Shown here: positions 32,818 to 42,592 of the stretch, one piece after another
Position numbering within the stretch: the first letter of the stretch is position 1
Layout: every line of letters starts with the position of its first letter
From: an uncultured Candidatus Rokubacteria bacterium
GTDB lineage: Bacteria; Methylomirabilota; Methylomirabilia; Rokubacteriales; DASRDR01
Length of the DNA stretch: 64,000 nt
Reading direction: 5' to 3'
NCBI GenBank assembly: GCA_963826115.1
Contig: CAWGVS010000005.1
Location: forward strand, 896,001 to 960,000
Made by a program: the position numbers and the translations under genes
Notes under the pieces: generated by a model
What the model saw: the letters and a program-made list of their open reading frames with translations, nothing else
What the model was told of the DNA's origin: nothing
Databases searched by the model: none

Positions 32818-32924
32818 GGCGCAAGACCTCCTGGCGCGAGTGGACCCGGAGTCTCCGTGAACACCAACGACTGCAGATTTTACCCCAGGCGCGGGCCCGG
32901 TGGCCCGGAAAGATCCGCGCACCG

Positions 32925-33314
32925 CTAGGGGGTCAAGACTTGCTCCTGTCCGTCCTCGTTCCGGAGCCTGAGCGAGCTCGTCCTGCCCTCGGCCTTCAGC
33001 ACGAGGTACGTGTCCCGCGAGGTGGCGTGTCCGGTGAAGCTGAGCCCGGCGCCCTCATCCGACGCCGCGATCTTGACGGCCGGGCGCCCGTGCGCGTCGA
33101 TCAGGCGGAGGATCACCGTCTCCGGCGTCGCCCCGGCCGGCAGGACCTGGAGGCTCGCCCGCACCCTCCCCTGCTGATCCACGATCTCGAGAGCCTGGGC
33201 CCGGAGCACCGGGGGCGGGCCCTGCGCGCCGCTCGGCCGGCCGTCGGTGAACAGGGCGGTCAGGAGGAGAAGATTCAGGGCCGCGAGGGCCGTGAGCCAT
33301 CGCTCAGTCGTCAC
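32925..33314 (-). CDS. Exported hypothetical protein
   Basis: AGGAGG RBS plus GTG; hydrophobic N-terminus; VLRAQALEIVDQQGRVRA. Confidence 0.7.
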   Translation of the reverse strand: MTTERWLTALAALNLLLLTALFTDGRPSGAQGPPPVLRAQALEIVDQQGRVRASLQVLPAGATPETVILRLIDAHGRPAVKIAASDEGAGLSFTGHATSRDTYLVLKAEGRTSSLRLRNEDGQEQVLTP

Positions 33315-33366
33315 GGGTCCTCCTGCGCTGAGCCGTGGGCCGGCGCCGAGGCCGGCCACGGCGGGC

Positions 33367-34638
33367 CTACGGGTAGAAGCCTCTCAGCTGGAACGCGTCG
33401 GCCACGCGGCGGATGCCCACCATGAGCGCCGCGGTCCGGAGGTCGACGCGCTCTCGCTTCGCCATCGCGCTCACCTGGTTGTACGCGCGGGTCATGAGCT
33501 CCTGGAGCCGCGAGTTGATCTCACTCTCCTTCCAGAAGTGGTACTGGAGCCCCTGCACCCACTCGAAGTACGAGACGATCACGCCGCCCGCGTTGGCGAG
33601 GATGTCCGGGATGACGACGATCCCGCGGTCGGTGAGGATCCCGTCCGCCTCGGGCGTCGTCGGGCCGTTGGCGCCCTCCGCGACGATCTTGGCCCGCACG
33701 CGGTCGGCGTTCTGCTCGGTGATCTGGCCGCCGAGAGCCGCCGGCACGAGAACGTCGCACGGGAGCTCGAGGAGATCGGCGTTCGAGATCGGATCGGCGT
33801 CGGCGAATCCCGCCACCGTGCCGGCCTCCTTGACGTGGAGCGCGAGGGCCCGGATGTCCATGCCGCGCGAGTTGAACACGCCGCCCTTCGCGTCGACCAC
33901 GCCCGTGACCAGCGCCCCTTCCCGCCACAGGACCCGGGCCGTCACCGAGCCTACGTTGCCGAAGCCCTGGATGGCCACGCGCGCGCCGCGGAGCTCGAGC
34001 CGGGCCTCGCGCACGGCCTGGGAGAGGACGTAGACGAGTCCGCGCCCGGTGGCATCCCGGCGTCCGGCGGAGCCGCCGACCAGGATCGGCTTGCCGGTCA
34101 CGACGCCGGGGACCGTGCGCCCCTGGGTCATGGCGTAGGTGTCCATGATCCAGGCCATCGTCTGCTCGTCCGTACCCATGTCAGGGGCCGGGATGTCGAG
34201 GTCCGGTCCGATGAACAGCATCACCTCGGCGGTGTAGCGGCGGGTCATGTGCTCGAGCTCCTGCCGGCTCATCGTCCCGGGGTTGCAGGCGACGCCGCCC
34301 TTGGCCCCGCCGTACGGGAGCTGCATGAGCGCGCATTTCCAGCTCATCAGCATCGCGAGCGCCGACACCTCGGGGAGCGAGACGCCCGGGTGATAGCGGA
34401 TGCCGCCCTTCGTGGGGCCGAGGATCGTGCAGTGGTGGACCCGGTAGCCGAGGAAGACCTCGGTGCGGCCGTCGTCCATGCGCGTGGGGACGCTGACGAC
34501 GAGGGCTCGGCGGGGATACCTCAGGCGCTCGTGGATGCCCGGGTCGAGGGCCAGCCGCTTGGCGACGGCGTCCAGCTGCTGGAGCGCGGTGCGATACGAC
34601 TCCGAGCTCTCGAAGGTGTCCTCTTTGCTCCCGGTCAT
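33367..34638 (-). CDS. gdhA: Glu/Leu/Phe/Val dehydrogenase (glutamate dehydrogenase)
   Basis: GPTKGGIRY, PYGGAKGG, DIPAPDMGT, IQGFGNVG, EGANGPTT, NAGGVIVSYFEW. Confidence 0.92.
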   Translation of the reverse strand: MTGSKEDTFESSESYRTALQQLDAVAKRLALDPGIHERLRYPRRALVVSVPTRMDDGRTEVFLGYRVHHCTILGPTKGGIRYHPGVSLPEVSALAMLMSWKCALMQLPYGGAKGGVACNPGTMSRQELEHMTRRYTAEVMLFIGPDLDIPAPDMGTDEQTMAWIMDTYAMTQGRTVPGVVTGKPILVGGSAGRRDATGRGLVYVLSQAVREARLELRGARVAIQGFGNVGSVTARVLWREGALVTGVVDAKGGVFNSRGMDIRALALHVKEAGTVAGFADADPISNADLLELPCDVLVPAALGGQITEQNADRVRAKIVAEGANGPTTPEADGILTDRGIVVIPDILANAGGVIVSYFEWVQGLQYHFWKESEINSRLQELMTRAYNQVSAMAKRERVDLRTAALMVGIRRVADAFQLRGFYP

Positions 34639-34749
34639 GCGAGACTCCTCCCAGGCGCGCACGATGCGAGCGGCGCTGCCCATGGCATGGTCTCACGACC
34701 GACCGGGAGGCGCCGCAAGGAGGAAACCCGACGGGACGGTCAAAATGCG

Positions 34750-34808
34750 AGAGGCGGGGTGGTCACCTCAGCGGCACGAAATGCCGCGAGTGACCCTTCC
34801 CCGCCTCT
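34750..34808 (-). terminator. Long stem-loop just 3' of tRNA-Gly
   Basis: AGAGGCGGGG..GTCAC..GCGGCA-cgaaa-TGCCGC..GTGAC..CCCCGCCTCT, followed on the minus strand by a short T run. Confidence 0.55.
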
Positions 34809-34818
34809 GGCGGAAAAC

Positions 34819-34893
<75 letters not shown>

Positions 34894-34904
34894 GCGATGT
34901 CCGG

Positions 34905-34933
34905 ATTCTAGCAGGGCGCCTCCGGAGGGTCAA
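34905..34933 (-). promoter_or_regulatory. sigma70 promoter of tRNA-Gly
   Basis: TTGACC-N17-TAGAAT with TG extension. Confidence 0.75.
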
Positions 34934-34948
34934 CGCGAGCGCGCCGCG

Positions 34949-35962
34949 TCAGCTCCGCGCCGCCTCGGGCGCCGCCCCGGCCCGGCGGAGGAACCGCGCC
35001 GCGTCCTCGGGCGGGGTCGGGTTGATGAAGAACCCGGTGCCGAGCTCGAACCCCGCCAGCCGCGTGAGCTTCGGCATGAGCTCGAGGTGCCAGTGGAAGT
35101 GCTCGGGGTCCGGGTTCCGGAGGGGCGCCGTGTGGAGCGCGAAGTTGTACGGCGGATCGGCGAAGAGCCGCCCGAGCCGAGCGAGCAGCTCCCGGAGGAG
35201 CCGCGCGAGGGCGTCGATCTCGTCCGTCTCGAGGCTCTCGAAGCTCGCCCGGTGAGTGGTCGGGAGCACCCACGTCTCGTACGGGAAGCGGGCAGCGTAG
35301 GGCGTCACCGCGACGAACCCGTCCTCTTCGAGGACCAGGCGGGTGCCGTCCCGCCGCTCCTGGCGGACGACGTCGCACCAGACGCAGCGCTCCTTCATGC
35401 GGAAGTAACGGAGGGCGCCGTCGAGCTCCTCGGCGACCAGCTCGGGCAGGATCGGCGTCGCGATGAGCTGGGAGTGCGGGTGCTCGAGCGACGCGCCCGC
35501 CTGCACGCCGTGGTTCTTGAAGATCAGGACGTACTCGAGGCGCGGGTCCCGGCGGAGCGCGAGGAGCCGCTCCCGGTACGCCACCAGGACCTCGCCGACG
35601 TGGGCGGCCGGCAGGGTCCCGAGGCTCGCCAAGTGGTCGGGGCTCTCGATCACGACCTCGTGGGCCCCCACCCCGTCGATCCGGTCGTAGATCCCGTCGC
35701 CCGCCGCGTGGACCTCGCCTCCGTCCGCGTGGAGCGCGGGGAACTTGTTGGGCACCACGCGGACCGACCACGGCCCGTCCTCCGAGCCGCCGGACCGGTA
35801 GACCTCGGGCGGCGTGCGGTCCTCGTGCCCCGGGCAGAAGGGGCAGCCCTCGGGCCCCCGCGTCGGCACGATCTCGGGCGCGAAGTCCATCGGCCGCCGC
35901 GCGCGCTCGGTGGCGATGATGACCCAGCGCTCCACCACGGGGTCCTTCCGGAGCTCAGGCAT
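34949..35962 (-). CDS. galT: Galactose-1-phosphate uridylyltransferase
   Basis: ELRKDPV, CPFCPG, VPNKFPAL, GASLEHPHSQ. Confidence 0.92.
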   Translation of the reverse strand: MPELRKDPVVERWVIIATERARRPMDFAPEIVPTRGPEGCPFCPGHEDRTPPEVYRSGGSEDGPWSVRVVPNKFPALHADGGEVHAAGDGIYDRIDGVGAHEVVIESPDHLASLGTLPAAHVGEVLVAYRERLLALRRDPRLEYVLIFKNHGVQAGASLEHPHSQLIATPILPELVAEELDGALRYFRMKERCVWCDVVRQERRDGTRLVLEEDGFVAVTPYAARFPYETWVLPTTHRASFESLETDEIDALARLLRELLARLGRLFADPPYNFALHTAPLRNPDPEHFHWHLELMPKLTRLAGFELGTGFFINPTPPEDAARFLRRAGAAPEAARS

Positions 35963-36995
35963 CGTCCGCTCCCCCGAGGTCGTAGGGCTCCTCCTCGGGG
36001 CGGGTCGAGCGTGACAGGAGCGCGAGGAGCGCCTCGCGGGGCGCCTTCCGCTCGAAGAGCACGGCGGCGACCTCCTCGATCACCGGCGTGGTCACGCCGG
36101 CGCGCCGCGCGAGGGCGACCCCCGCCTGGGCCGTGCGCACGCCCTCGGCGACCGAGCGCGTCCCGGCCTGCCACTCGGCGAGGGACTGCCCGCGGGCGAG
36201 GGCCAGACCGAGCCGGCGGTTCCGCGAGAGCTCCCCCGTGCACGTGAGGATCAGGTCGCCGAGGCCCGCGAGCCCGGCGAACGTGCGCGGCCGCGCGCCG
36301 AGGGCGACGCCGAGGCGCGTGATCTCGGCCAGCCCCCGGGTCAGGAGCGCCGCGCGGGCGTTGTAGCCGAGCTCGAGGCCGTCCGCGATGCCGGTGGCGA
36401 TCGCGATCGCGTTCTTGAGCGCGCCGCCGAGCTCCACGCCCGGCACGTCCGCCTGCGTGTAGAGACGGAACGTGGGCGTCGTCAGGGCGCCCTGGAGCTC
36501 CGTCGCGAGCTCACGGTCGGCCGACGCGAGGACCGCCGCGGTGGGCCGACCGTGGCCGACCTCCAGCGCGAACGTGGGTCCCGACAGCACCGCGACGCGG
36601 CCACGCGCGGCCGGAGGCAGCACCTCGGCGAGGATCTCCGACATCCGCGCGAGACGGTCTTCCTCGATGCCCTTCGCCGCCGACAGCACGCGGGCACCCG
36701 GGCTCAGGTGGGGGACCATCGCGGACGCCACCTGCCGGAAGACGTGTGACGGGACGGCGATCACCACCGTCTCCGCGTCGCCGACGACGGTCGCGAGGTC
36801 CCCGTGCGGCTCGATCGCCTCGGGGAGCCGCACCCCCGGAAGGAACCACGGGTTCTCCGAGGACGCGCGGATGATCGCGAGGAGCTCGGGCTCGAAGACC
36901 CAGAGCCGCGGCGCGAACCCCGCGCGGACCGCCTGGACCGCGAGCGCGGTGCCCCAGGCGCCGGCGCCGACGACCGCGAGCCGCCCGGCCGTCAT
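35955..36995 (-). CDS. gpsA: NAD(P)H-dependent glycerol-3-phosphate dehydrogenase
   Basis: VVGAGAWGTA, LSGPTFA, GGALKN, GLGDLILTC, SRNRRLG. Confidence 0.95.
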   Translation of the reverse strand: MTAGRLAVVGAGAWGTALAVQAVRAGFAPRLWVFEPELLAIIRASSENPWFLPGVRLPEAIEPHGDLATVVGDAETVVIAVPSHVFRQVASAMVPHLSPGARVLSAAKGIEEDRLARMSEILAEVLPPAARGRVAVLSGPTFALEVGHGRPTAAVLASADRELATELQGALTTPTFRLYTQADVPGVELGGALKNAIAIATGIADGLELGYNARAALLTRGLAEITRLGVALGARPRTFAGLAGLGDLILTCTGELSRNRRLGLALARGQSLAEWQAGTRSVAEGVRTAQAGVALARRAGVTTPVIEEVAAVLFERKAPREALLALLSRSTRPEEEPYDLGGADDA

Positions 36996-37612
36996 CGGGG
37001 GCCGCTCGCCGGCGGTGGCGCGGGGGCCGTTACCCGCTCGCCGAACCGAGCCTCCGTGCCCGCCAGGAGCCGCCGGATGTTCTCGTGGTGGCGGGCGATC
37101 ACGATGGCCGCGACGGCAAGGCCGGCGGCCGCGAGCGCCGGCGGGTAGCCGAGGGCCAGGATCGCGATCGGCAGCCCCAGCACCGCGCAGATGGACGCCA
37201 GCGAGACGAACCGGAAGGAGGCGACGAGGACCCCCCACACGACCGCGGCGGGGACCAGCGCCCAGGGCGTGATGCGGAGGAACGCGCCGAGCGCCGTTGC
37301 CACGCCCTTGCCGCCCCGGAAGCCGAGGAACACGGGCCAGCAGTTCCCGACGACCGCGAGCACCGCCCCGGCCGCGGCCCAGGACGGCCCCGGACCCGCG
37401 TGGCCGCCGATCCACGTCGCCGCGTAGCCCTTGGCGACGTCACCGAACAGCGTGGCGAGGGCGGGCGTCCAGCCGGCGGTGCGGAGAACGTTCGTCGCCC
37501 CGATGTTGCCGCTGCCGCGGCGGCGGATGTCGACTCCGAAGATGCGCGCGACGACGAAGCCGACGGGGATGGCGCCCACGAGGTAGGCGCCCAGGAGCCA
37601 GAGGGCGCTCAG
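36992..37612 (-). CDS. plsY: Glycerol-3-phosphate acyltransferase
   Basis: AYLVGAIP, GSGNIGATN, FRGGKGVAT, RHHENIRRL; first TM needs a start upstream of the track start (probable CTG at 37612). Confidence 0.92.
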   Translation of the reverse strand: MSALWLLGAYLVGAIPVGFVVARIFGVDIRRRGSGNIGATNVLRTAGWTPALATLFGDVAKGYAATWIGGHAGPGPSWAAAGAVLAVVGNCWPVFLGFRGGKGVATALGAFLRITPWALVPAAVVWGVLVASFRFVSLASICAVLGLPIAILALGYPPALAAAGLAVAAIVIARHHENIRRLLAGTEARFGERVTAPAPPPASGPR

Positions 37613-38187
37613 CGCCAGCGATCCTGTTCCCGGACCAGGGCGTCGACGTCCGAGGCGCGGTAGAAGCGGACGAAGTAGTCGATGCCGGAGAAGACCGTCA
37701 GCGTCAGCGCCGCCCAGAGCATGCCCCGGGACAGGTACACGAACTCCGCGTCGAAGCCGGTGGGGACGCTGCGCTCGAGGATGAGGAGCGTGATCGCCAG
37801 GTACTGGGAGAAGGTCTTGTACTTCCCGAGGTCCGACGCCTCGATCACCATGCCCTGGGCCGCGGACACGCTCCGGAGCCCCGTCACCGCGAACTCCCGC
37901 CCGATCACGATCACGACCATCCAGGCCTCGACCGTGCCGACCTGGACGAGCGAGATGAGGGCGGCCGACACGAGCACCTTGTCGGCGACGGGGTCGAGGA
38001 GCTTCCCGAGCGTGGTGACCTGGCCGCGACGGCGGGCGATCAGCCCGTCCAGCCAGTCGGTGAGGGCGGCGCCGGCGAACAGGAAGGCGGCCACGAGCGC
38101 GTGCGTGGACTCGTTCGAGATCAGGAAGGCGACGACGAGCGGGACGAGGCAGATGCGGCCGACCGTGAGCTGGGTCGGCAGGTTCAC
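37609..38187 (-). CDS. pgsA: Phosphatidylglycerophosphate synthase
   Basis: MNLPTQLT, TDWLDGLIARR, GKLLDPVADK, GREFAVTGLR. Confidence 0.95.
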   Translation of the reverse strand: MNLPTQLTVGRICLVPLVVAFLISNESTHALVAAFLFAGAALTDWLDGLIARRRGQVTTLGKLLDPVADKVLVSAALISLVQVGTVEAWMVVIVIGREFAVTGLRSVSAAQGMVIEASDLGKYKTFSQYLAITLLILERSVPTGFDAEFVYLSRGMLWAALTLTVFSGIDYFVRFYRASDVDALVREQDRWR

Positions 38188-38966
38188 GCGCGGCCTCCGT
38201 GCGTGCCCGTCACCGGATCATTATGGCGGGCCGCCCCGAGGGGGGTCAAGTTAACGGCGGCTGGCCGGAGGGCGCCGTCCCGGAGCACCGGGACGACGTC
38301 GTGGACGTCCAGGGCCACGCAGAGGGGCAGGTCGCCCCCCCGCCCCTGCCCCACGAGCGCCTGCGCCCATGCCGCGTCGGCCAGCATAGCGCCCAGGTCG
38401 TCCGCGTAGCGCTCCCAGAGGACCCGCGCCGCCCGCGCGGCGTCGGTCAGCTGGCCGCCCCGCGTCGCGAGCCGCGACACCAGGAGCCCCGCGCAGACCG
38501 CGTCCTCGAGACAGAAGCGGCCTTTCTCTCCGCTGCAGACCAGGAGCACGTCGCCGGGCTCCGAGGCCGCCCAGCGGACGACCGCCCCGGCGTTGGTGAA
38601 TCCTCCCACGGCGACGCGCCGCGCCCCGTGGACGGCCAGGAGAGCCCGGGTGCCGTTGGTGGTGGTGAAGACGACCGTGCGGCCACGGACCCGGTCCGGC
38701 GTGTACTCGGCGGGCGAGTTGCCGTGGTGGAACCCCGGCGGGGGCGCCCCGCCCCGCTCGCCCCCGACGAGGACCGGCCCGCCCTCGACCTCGCGGCCGC
38801 GCGCCCGCGCCTCGTCGGGCGTCGCGACGGGGATCACGGCGGACGCCCCGCCCGCGAGCGCGGCGACGATGGTCGTGGAGGCCCGCACCGCGTCCAGGAC
38901 GATGGCGCTCACGCCGGCGAGCGGGATCCCGCGCACCTCCTCGAGCGTGAGGGCGACGTCGATCAC
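38184..38966 (-). CDS. comB: 2-phosphosulfolactate phosphatase family
   Basis: [32 protein letters not shown]. Confidence 0.88.
   Translation of the reverse strand: MIDVALTLEEVRGIPLAGVSAIVLDAVRASTTIVAALAGGASAVIPVATPDEARARGREVEGGPVLVGGERGGAPPPGFHHGNSPAEYTPDRVRGRTVVFTTTNGTRALLAVHGARRVAVGGFTNAGAVVRWAASEPGDVLLVCSGEKGRFCLEDAVCAGLLVSRLATRGGQLTDAARAARVLWERYADDLGAMLADAAWAQALVGQGRGGDLPLCVALDVHDVVPVLRDGALRPAAVNLTPLGAARHNDPVTGTHGGRA
38220..38249 (-). promoter_or_regulatory. Putative sigma70 promoter of pgsA inside the 3' end of comB
   Basis: TTGACC-N18-CATAAT. Confidence 0.55.
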
Positions 38967-40183
38967 GAGGAGCCGGTGGCGCGGTCCTGGTCGCGGAGGG
39001 CGCGGATCCGGAGGCGGAGCGCGTTCAGGCGGATGAAGCCCTCGGCATCCTTCTGGCGGTACACCGAGTCGGCCTCGAAGGTCACCACGTCCTGGCGGTA
39101 GAGCGAGCGCGCCGAGCGGCGGCCGGCGACCGTCACGTTCCCCTTGTAGAGCTTGAGGCGCACGGTGCCGGTAACGTCGCGCTGGGCGTGGTCCATGAGG
39201 ACCTGGAGGGTCTCGCGCTCCGGCGCGTACCAGAAGCCGTAGTAGACCATCTCGGCGTAGCGCGGGACCAGGGAGTCCCGCAGGTGGAGGAGCTCCCGGT
39301 CCATCGTGATGGACTCGAGCGCCCGGTGCGCCGCGTGGAGGATCGTCCCGCCCGGCGTCTCGTAGACGCCGCGAGACTTCATCCCGACGTACCGGTTCTC
39401 CACGAGGTCGACGCGCCCCACCCCGTTCTCGCCGCCGATCCGGTTGAGGCGCTCGAGCAGCGCCACGGGGCCGAGCCTCTGTCCGTCCACGGCGACCGGG
39501 TTTCCGGCCTCGAACTCGATCTCGATCACGGTCGGGAAGTCCGGGGCCTCCTCGGGCGATCGGGTCAGCAGGAACATCTTGTCCGGCGGCTCGACCCACG
39601 GATCCTCGAGGACCCCGCCCTCGTAGGAGATGTGGAAGAGGTTCCGGTCCATCGAGTACGGCCGGGCCGGCGTCGTCGGCACCGGGATCCCGTGGCGCTC
39701 GGCGTAGGCCATGAGGTCCGTGCGCGAGCGGAGGTCCCAGTCCCGCCACGGGGCGACGATCCGGAGGTCCGGCGCGAGCGCCGCGTAGGTGAGCTCGAAC
39801 CGCACCTGGTCGTTCCCCTTGCCGGTCGCGCCGTGGGCCACGGCGTCCGCGCCCTCGGCGCGCGCGACCGCCACCTGCGCCTTCGCGATGAGGGGGCGCG
39901 CGAAGGACGTGCCCAGGAGGTAGCCAGCCTCGTAGGTCGCGTTGGCGCGGAGCACGGGGAAGACGAAGTCCCGGACGAACTCCTCGCGGAGGTCGATGAT
40001 GTGGACGGAGCTGGCGCCGGTCCGGAGCGCCTTCTCGCGGACGGGGATGAGCTCCTCGGCCTGGCCCAGGTCGGCGGTGTAGGCGACGATCTCGGCGCCG
40101 TAGGTCTCCTTCAGCCAGGCCAGGATGACCGAGGTGTCGAGGCCGCCGGAGTACGCCAGGACGATCTTCTTGGGTGCGCTCAT
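38963..40183 (-). CDS. argG: Argininosuccinate synthase
   Basis: [34 protein letters not shown]. Confidence 0.97.
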   Translation of the reverse strand: MSAPKKIVLAYSGGLDTSVILAWLKETYGAEIVAYTADLGQAEELIPVREKALRTGASSVHIIDLREEFVRDFVFPVLRANATYEAGYLLGTSFARPLIAKAQVAVARAEGADAVAHGATGKGNDQVRFELTYAALAPDLRIVAPWRDWDLRSRTDLMAYAERHGIPVPTTPARPYSMDRNLFHISYEGGVLEDPWVEPPDKMFLLTRSPEEAPDFPTVIEIEFEAGNPVAVDGQRLGPVALLERLNRIGGENGVGRVDLVENRYVGMKSRGVYETPGGTILHAAHRALESITMDRELLHLRDSLVPRYAEMVYYGFWYAPERETLQVLMDHAQRDVTGTVRLKLYKGNVTVAGRRSARSLYRQDVVTFEADSVYRQKDAEGFIRLNALRLRIRALRDQDRATGSS

Positions 40184-40199
40184 GTGATGGGCTCCCGGC

Positions 40200-41111
40200 C
40201 TAGCCCTTGCCCAGGAGCCGGAGCAGGACGGCCTTTTGCACGTGTAGCCGGTTCTCGGACTGGTCGAGCACGACGCTCCGCGGCCCATCCAGAACCGCGT
40301 CGGTGATCTCCTCGCCGCGGTGCGCCGGCAGGCAGTGCATGACGACCGCCCCCGGCTTGGCGAAGCCCATCACCCGGTCGTTCACCTGATAGCGGGAGAA
40401 GGCCTCGAGCCGGCGCTCGCGCTCGGCCTCCTGTCCCATGCTGATCCACACGTCGGTGTAGATGGCGTCGGCGCCGCGGGCCGCCGCCGGCACGTCGTCG
40501 GTGACCGTGATGCGCCCGCCCCAGCTGCGGGCGGTCTCGAGAACGCGCGGATCGGGCTCGTAGCCCGGCGGCACCGCCAGGGCCACCTCCGTGCCCACGA
40601 GCGCCGCGAGGAGCATCAGCGAGTGGGACACGTTGTTGCCGTCGCCGATCCAGCCCAGCCTGAGGCGCCGGAGGTCCTGGCCGCGCTCCCACAGCGTGAA
40701 GAAGTCGGCGAGCGCCTGGCACGGATGCTCGTGGTCGGAGAGCGCGTTCACCACGGGAATCCCGGCGTGACGCGCGAGCTCGTCCACGGTGGCCTGCGCG
40801 AACGTCCTGGCCACCACCACGTCGACCCACCGTCCGAGGTTCCTCGCCACGTCCCGGATCGATTCCCGCTTCCCGAGGCCGATGTCCTGGCCGGCGAGGT
40901 AGACGGACGCGCCGCCGAGCTGAGCCATGCCCACCTCGAAGGTCACGCGGGTCCGGAGCGAGGGCTTCTCGAACACCAATGCCTGCGAGTAGCCGGCCAG
41001 CGGGGTCTGCACCTCGCGCGCCTTGGTCCGCCGCTTCCACTCGGCGGCGAGGCGGAACAGCTCCTCGACGTCCTCGGCGGACAGGTCGGCGATCGAGAGG
41101 AAGTGCTTCAT
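40200..41111 (-). CDS. argF: Ornithine carbamoyltransferase
   Basis: [30 protein letters not shown]. Confidence 0.96.
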   Translation of the reverse strand: MKHFLSIADLSAEDVEELFRLAAEWKRRTKAREVQTPLAGYSQALVFEKPSLRTRVTFEVGMAQLGGASVYLAGQDIGLGKRESIRDVARNLGRWVDVVVARTFAQATVDELARHAGIPVVNALSDHEHPCQALADFFTLWERGQDLRRLRLGWIGDGNNVSHSLMLLAALVGTEVALAVPPGYEPDPRVLETARSWGGRITVTDDVPAAARGADAIYTDVWISMGQEAERERRLEAFSRYQVNDRVMGFAKPGAVVMHCLPAHRGEEITDAVLDGPRSVVLDQSENRLHVQKAVLLRLLGKG

Positions 41112-42310
41112 GGCTTGGGTTGTTTGAGGACGTCTCCGACGATCGCCACCGCGCGGTCGGCGTCGTTCTCGTCGATGATGAGCGGCGGCGTCATCCGGAG
41201 GATCTTCTCCCCCGCGGTGAGGACGAGGAGACCCCGGTCGCGGCAGGCGTCCACGACGCCGCCGGCCGGGCGGTCGAGATCCATCCCGATCAGGAGTCCC
41301 TTGCCCCGGACCTCCTTGATCGCCGGCACGGTCGACGCGAGCGCGCGCAGCCGTCCGATCAGATGGGCGCCCACCCGGCCCGCGCGCTCCGGGAGCTTGT
41401 CCTCGAGCATCGTGGTGAACGTGGCCACCCCGACGGTGGTCGCGAACGGGTTCCCGCCGAAGGTGGTGCCGTGGGTGCCGGCCATCATCACGCGGGCGAC
41501 GTTGTCCCGGGCCACCATCGCGCCGATCGGGATGCCACTGGCCAGCGCCTTGGCGAGCGTCATCACGTCCGGCTCGACGCCCCAGTGCTGGTAGCCCCAC
41601 ATGCGCCCCGTCCGGCCCATGCCCGTCTGGATCTCGTCGAAGACGAGGAGCGCCCCGGTCTCGTCGCACAGCCGGCGGAGGACGGCCAGGTAGCCGTCGG
41701 GCGCGACGTTGACCCCGCCCTCGCCCTGGATCGGCTCGACCAGGATCGCGGCCGTGCGGTTGTCCACCGCGCGCTCCACCGCCTTCACGTCGCCGAACGC
41801 GACGTACTTGAAGCCGGGGACCAGCGGCTCGAAGCCGTGCTGGTACTTCTCGTTCGGGGTGGCCGAGAGCGCGCCGAGCGTCCGCCCGTGAAAGGCCCCC
41901 CGCATCGTGATGATGTCGACCACGTCCGTGGCGCGGGTCTCCTTCGCGTACTTCCGGACGAGCTTGATCGCGGCCTCGTTGGCCTCCGTGCCCGAGTTGC
42001 AGAAGAAGGCGCGGTCGCCGAACGAGTGGTCGACCAGGAGCTTCGCCAGGTGGATCTGCGACGGGATCTGATAGAGGTTCGACACCTGGAGCAGCGCGGT
42101 GGCCTGCTCGCGGATCGCGCCGACGATCTTCGGGTGGGAGTGGCCGAGGGCGTCCACGGCGATCCCGCCGACGAAGTCGAGGTACTCCTTGCCGTCGGTG
42201 TCCCAGACCCGCGCGCCCTCGCCGCGGATCAAGCAGAGCGGCGCCCGCCCGTAGTTCTGGAAGAGGTACTTGTTACTCCACTCGAGAAGGGTTTTCGTGT
42301 CCTGGCTCAT
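41108..42310 (-). CDS. argD: Acetylornithine aminotransferase
   Basis: NSGTEANEAA, FHGRT, EPIQGEGG, DEIQTG, TLAKAL, HGTTFGGN. Confidence 0.94.
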   Translation of the reverse strand: MSQDTKTLLEWSNKYLFQNYGRAPLCLIRGEGARVWDTDGKEYLDFVGGIAVDALGHSHPKIVGAIREQATALLQVSNLYQIPSQIHLAKLLVDHSFGDRAFFCNSGTEANEAAIKLVRKYAKETRATDVVDIITMRGAFHGRTLGALSATPNEKYQHGFEPLVPGFKYVAFGDVKAVERAVDNRTAAILVEPIQGEGGVNVAPDGYLAVLRRLCDETGALLVFDEIQTGMGRTGRMWGYQHWGVEPDVMTLAKALASGIPIGAMVARDNVARVMMAGTHGTTFGGNPFATTVGVATFTTMLEDKLPERAGRVGAHLIGRLRALASTVPAIKEVRGKGLLIGMDLDRPAGGVVDACRDRGLLVLTAGEKILRMTPPLIIDENDADRAVAIVGDVLKQPKP

Positions 42311-42592
42311 CGAGGCCTCCGGAAGCGGCGGTTCGCCGCGTGTGTTCTTGGGTGACGCCAGCGGGGCCGCGCGGCGGATTGCTAGCGGGCGGCCCGGTCC
42401 ACGTCGGGAGCCCCGGGGCAACGGCGGCGGGCAGAGCCCGGCCACAGCCCGGGGCCTGGCCTCATCCGGAGGGAGGGCTGCAACATGGCCCCGCCATTGT
42501 ACCAAAAGACCGGCCGCGCAAGCGCGCCCCGTGGCCGATCCCCGGCCGGGCCGGGCCGCGGCCGGCATCGGGGCCCTGGGTATTGATTCTGC

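Larger units (their letters stand above)
32083..32830 (-). repeat. Tandem array of four ~203-206 bp units, each RBS plus peptide gene
   Basis: Stop codons at 32083, 32286, 32489 and 32695; three conserved ~80 bp spacers. Confidence 0.92.

Noticed and set aside
32083-32830. CRISPR array or DGR-like repeat
   Set aside because: Units are ~203 bp coding cassettes with RBSs. There are no 23-50 bp repeats with unique spacers, and no cas or reverse transcriptase gene in the window.
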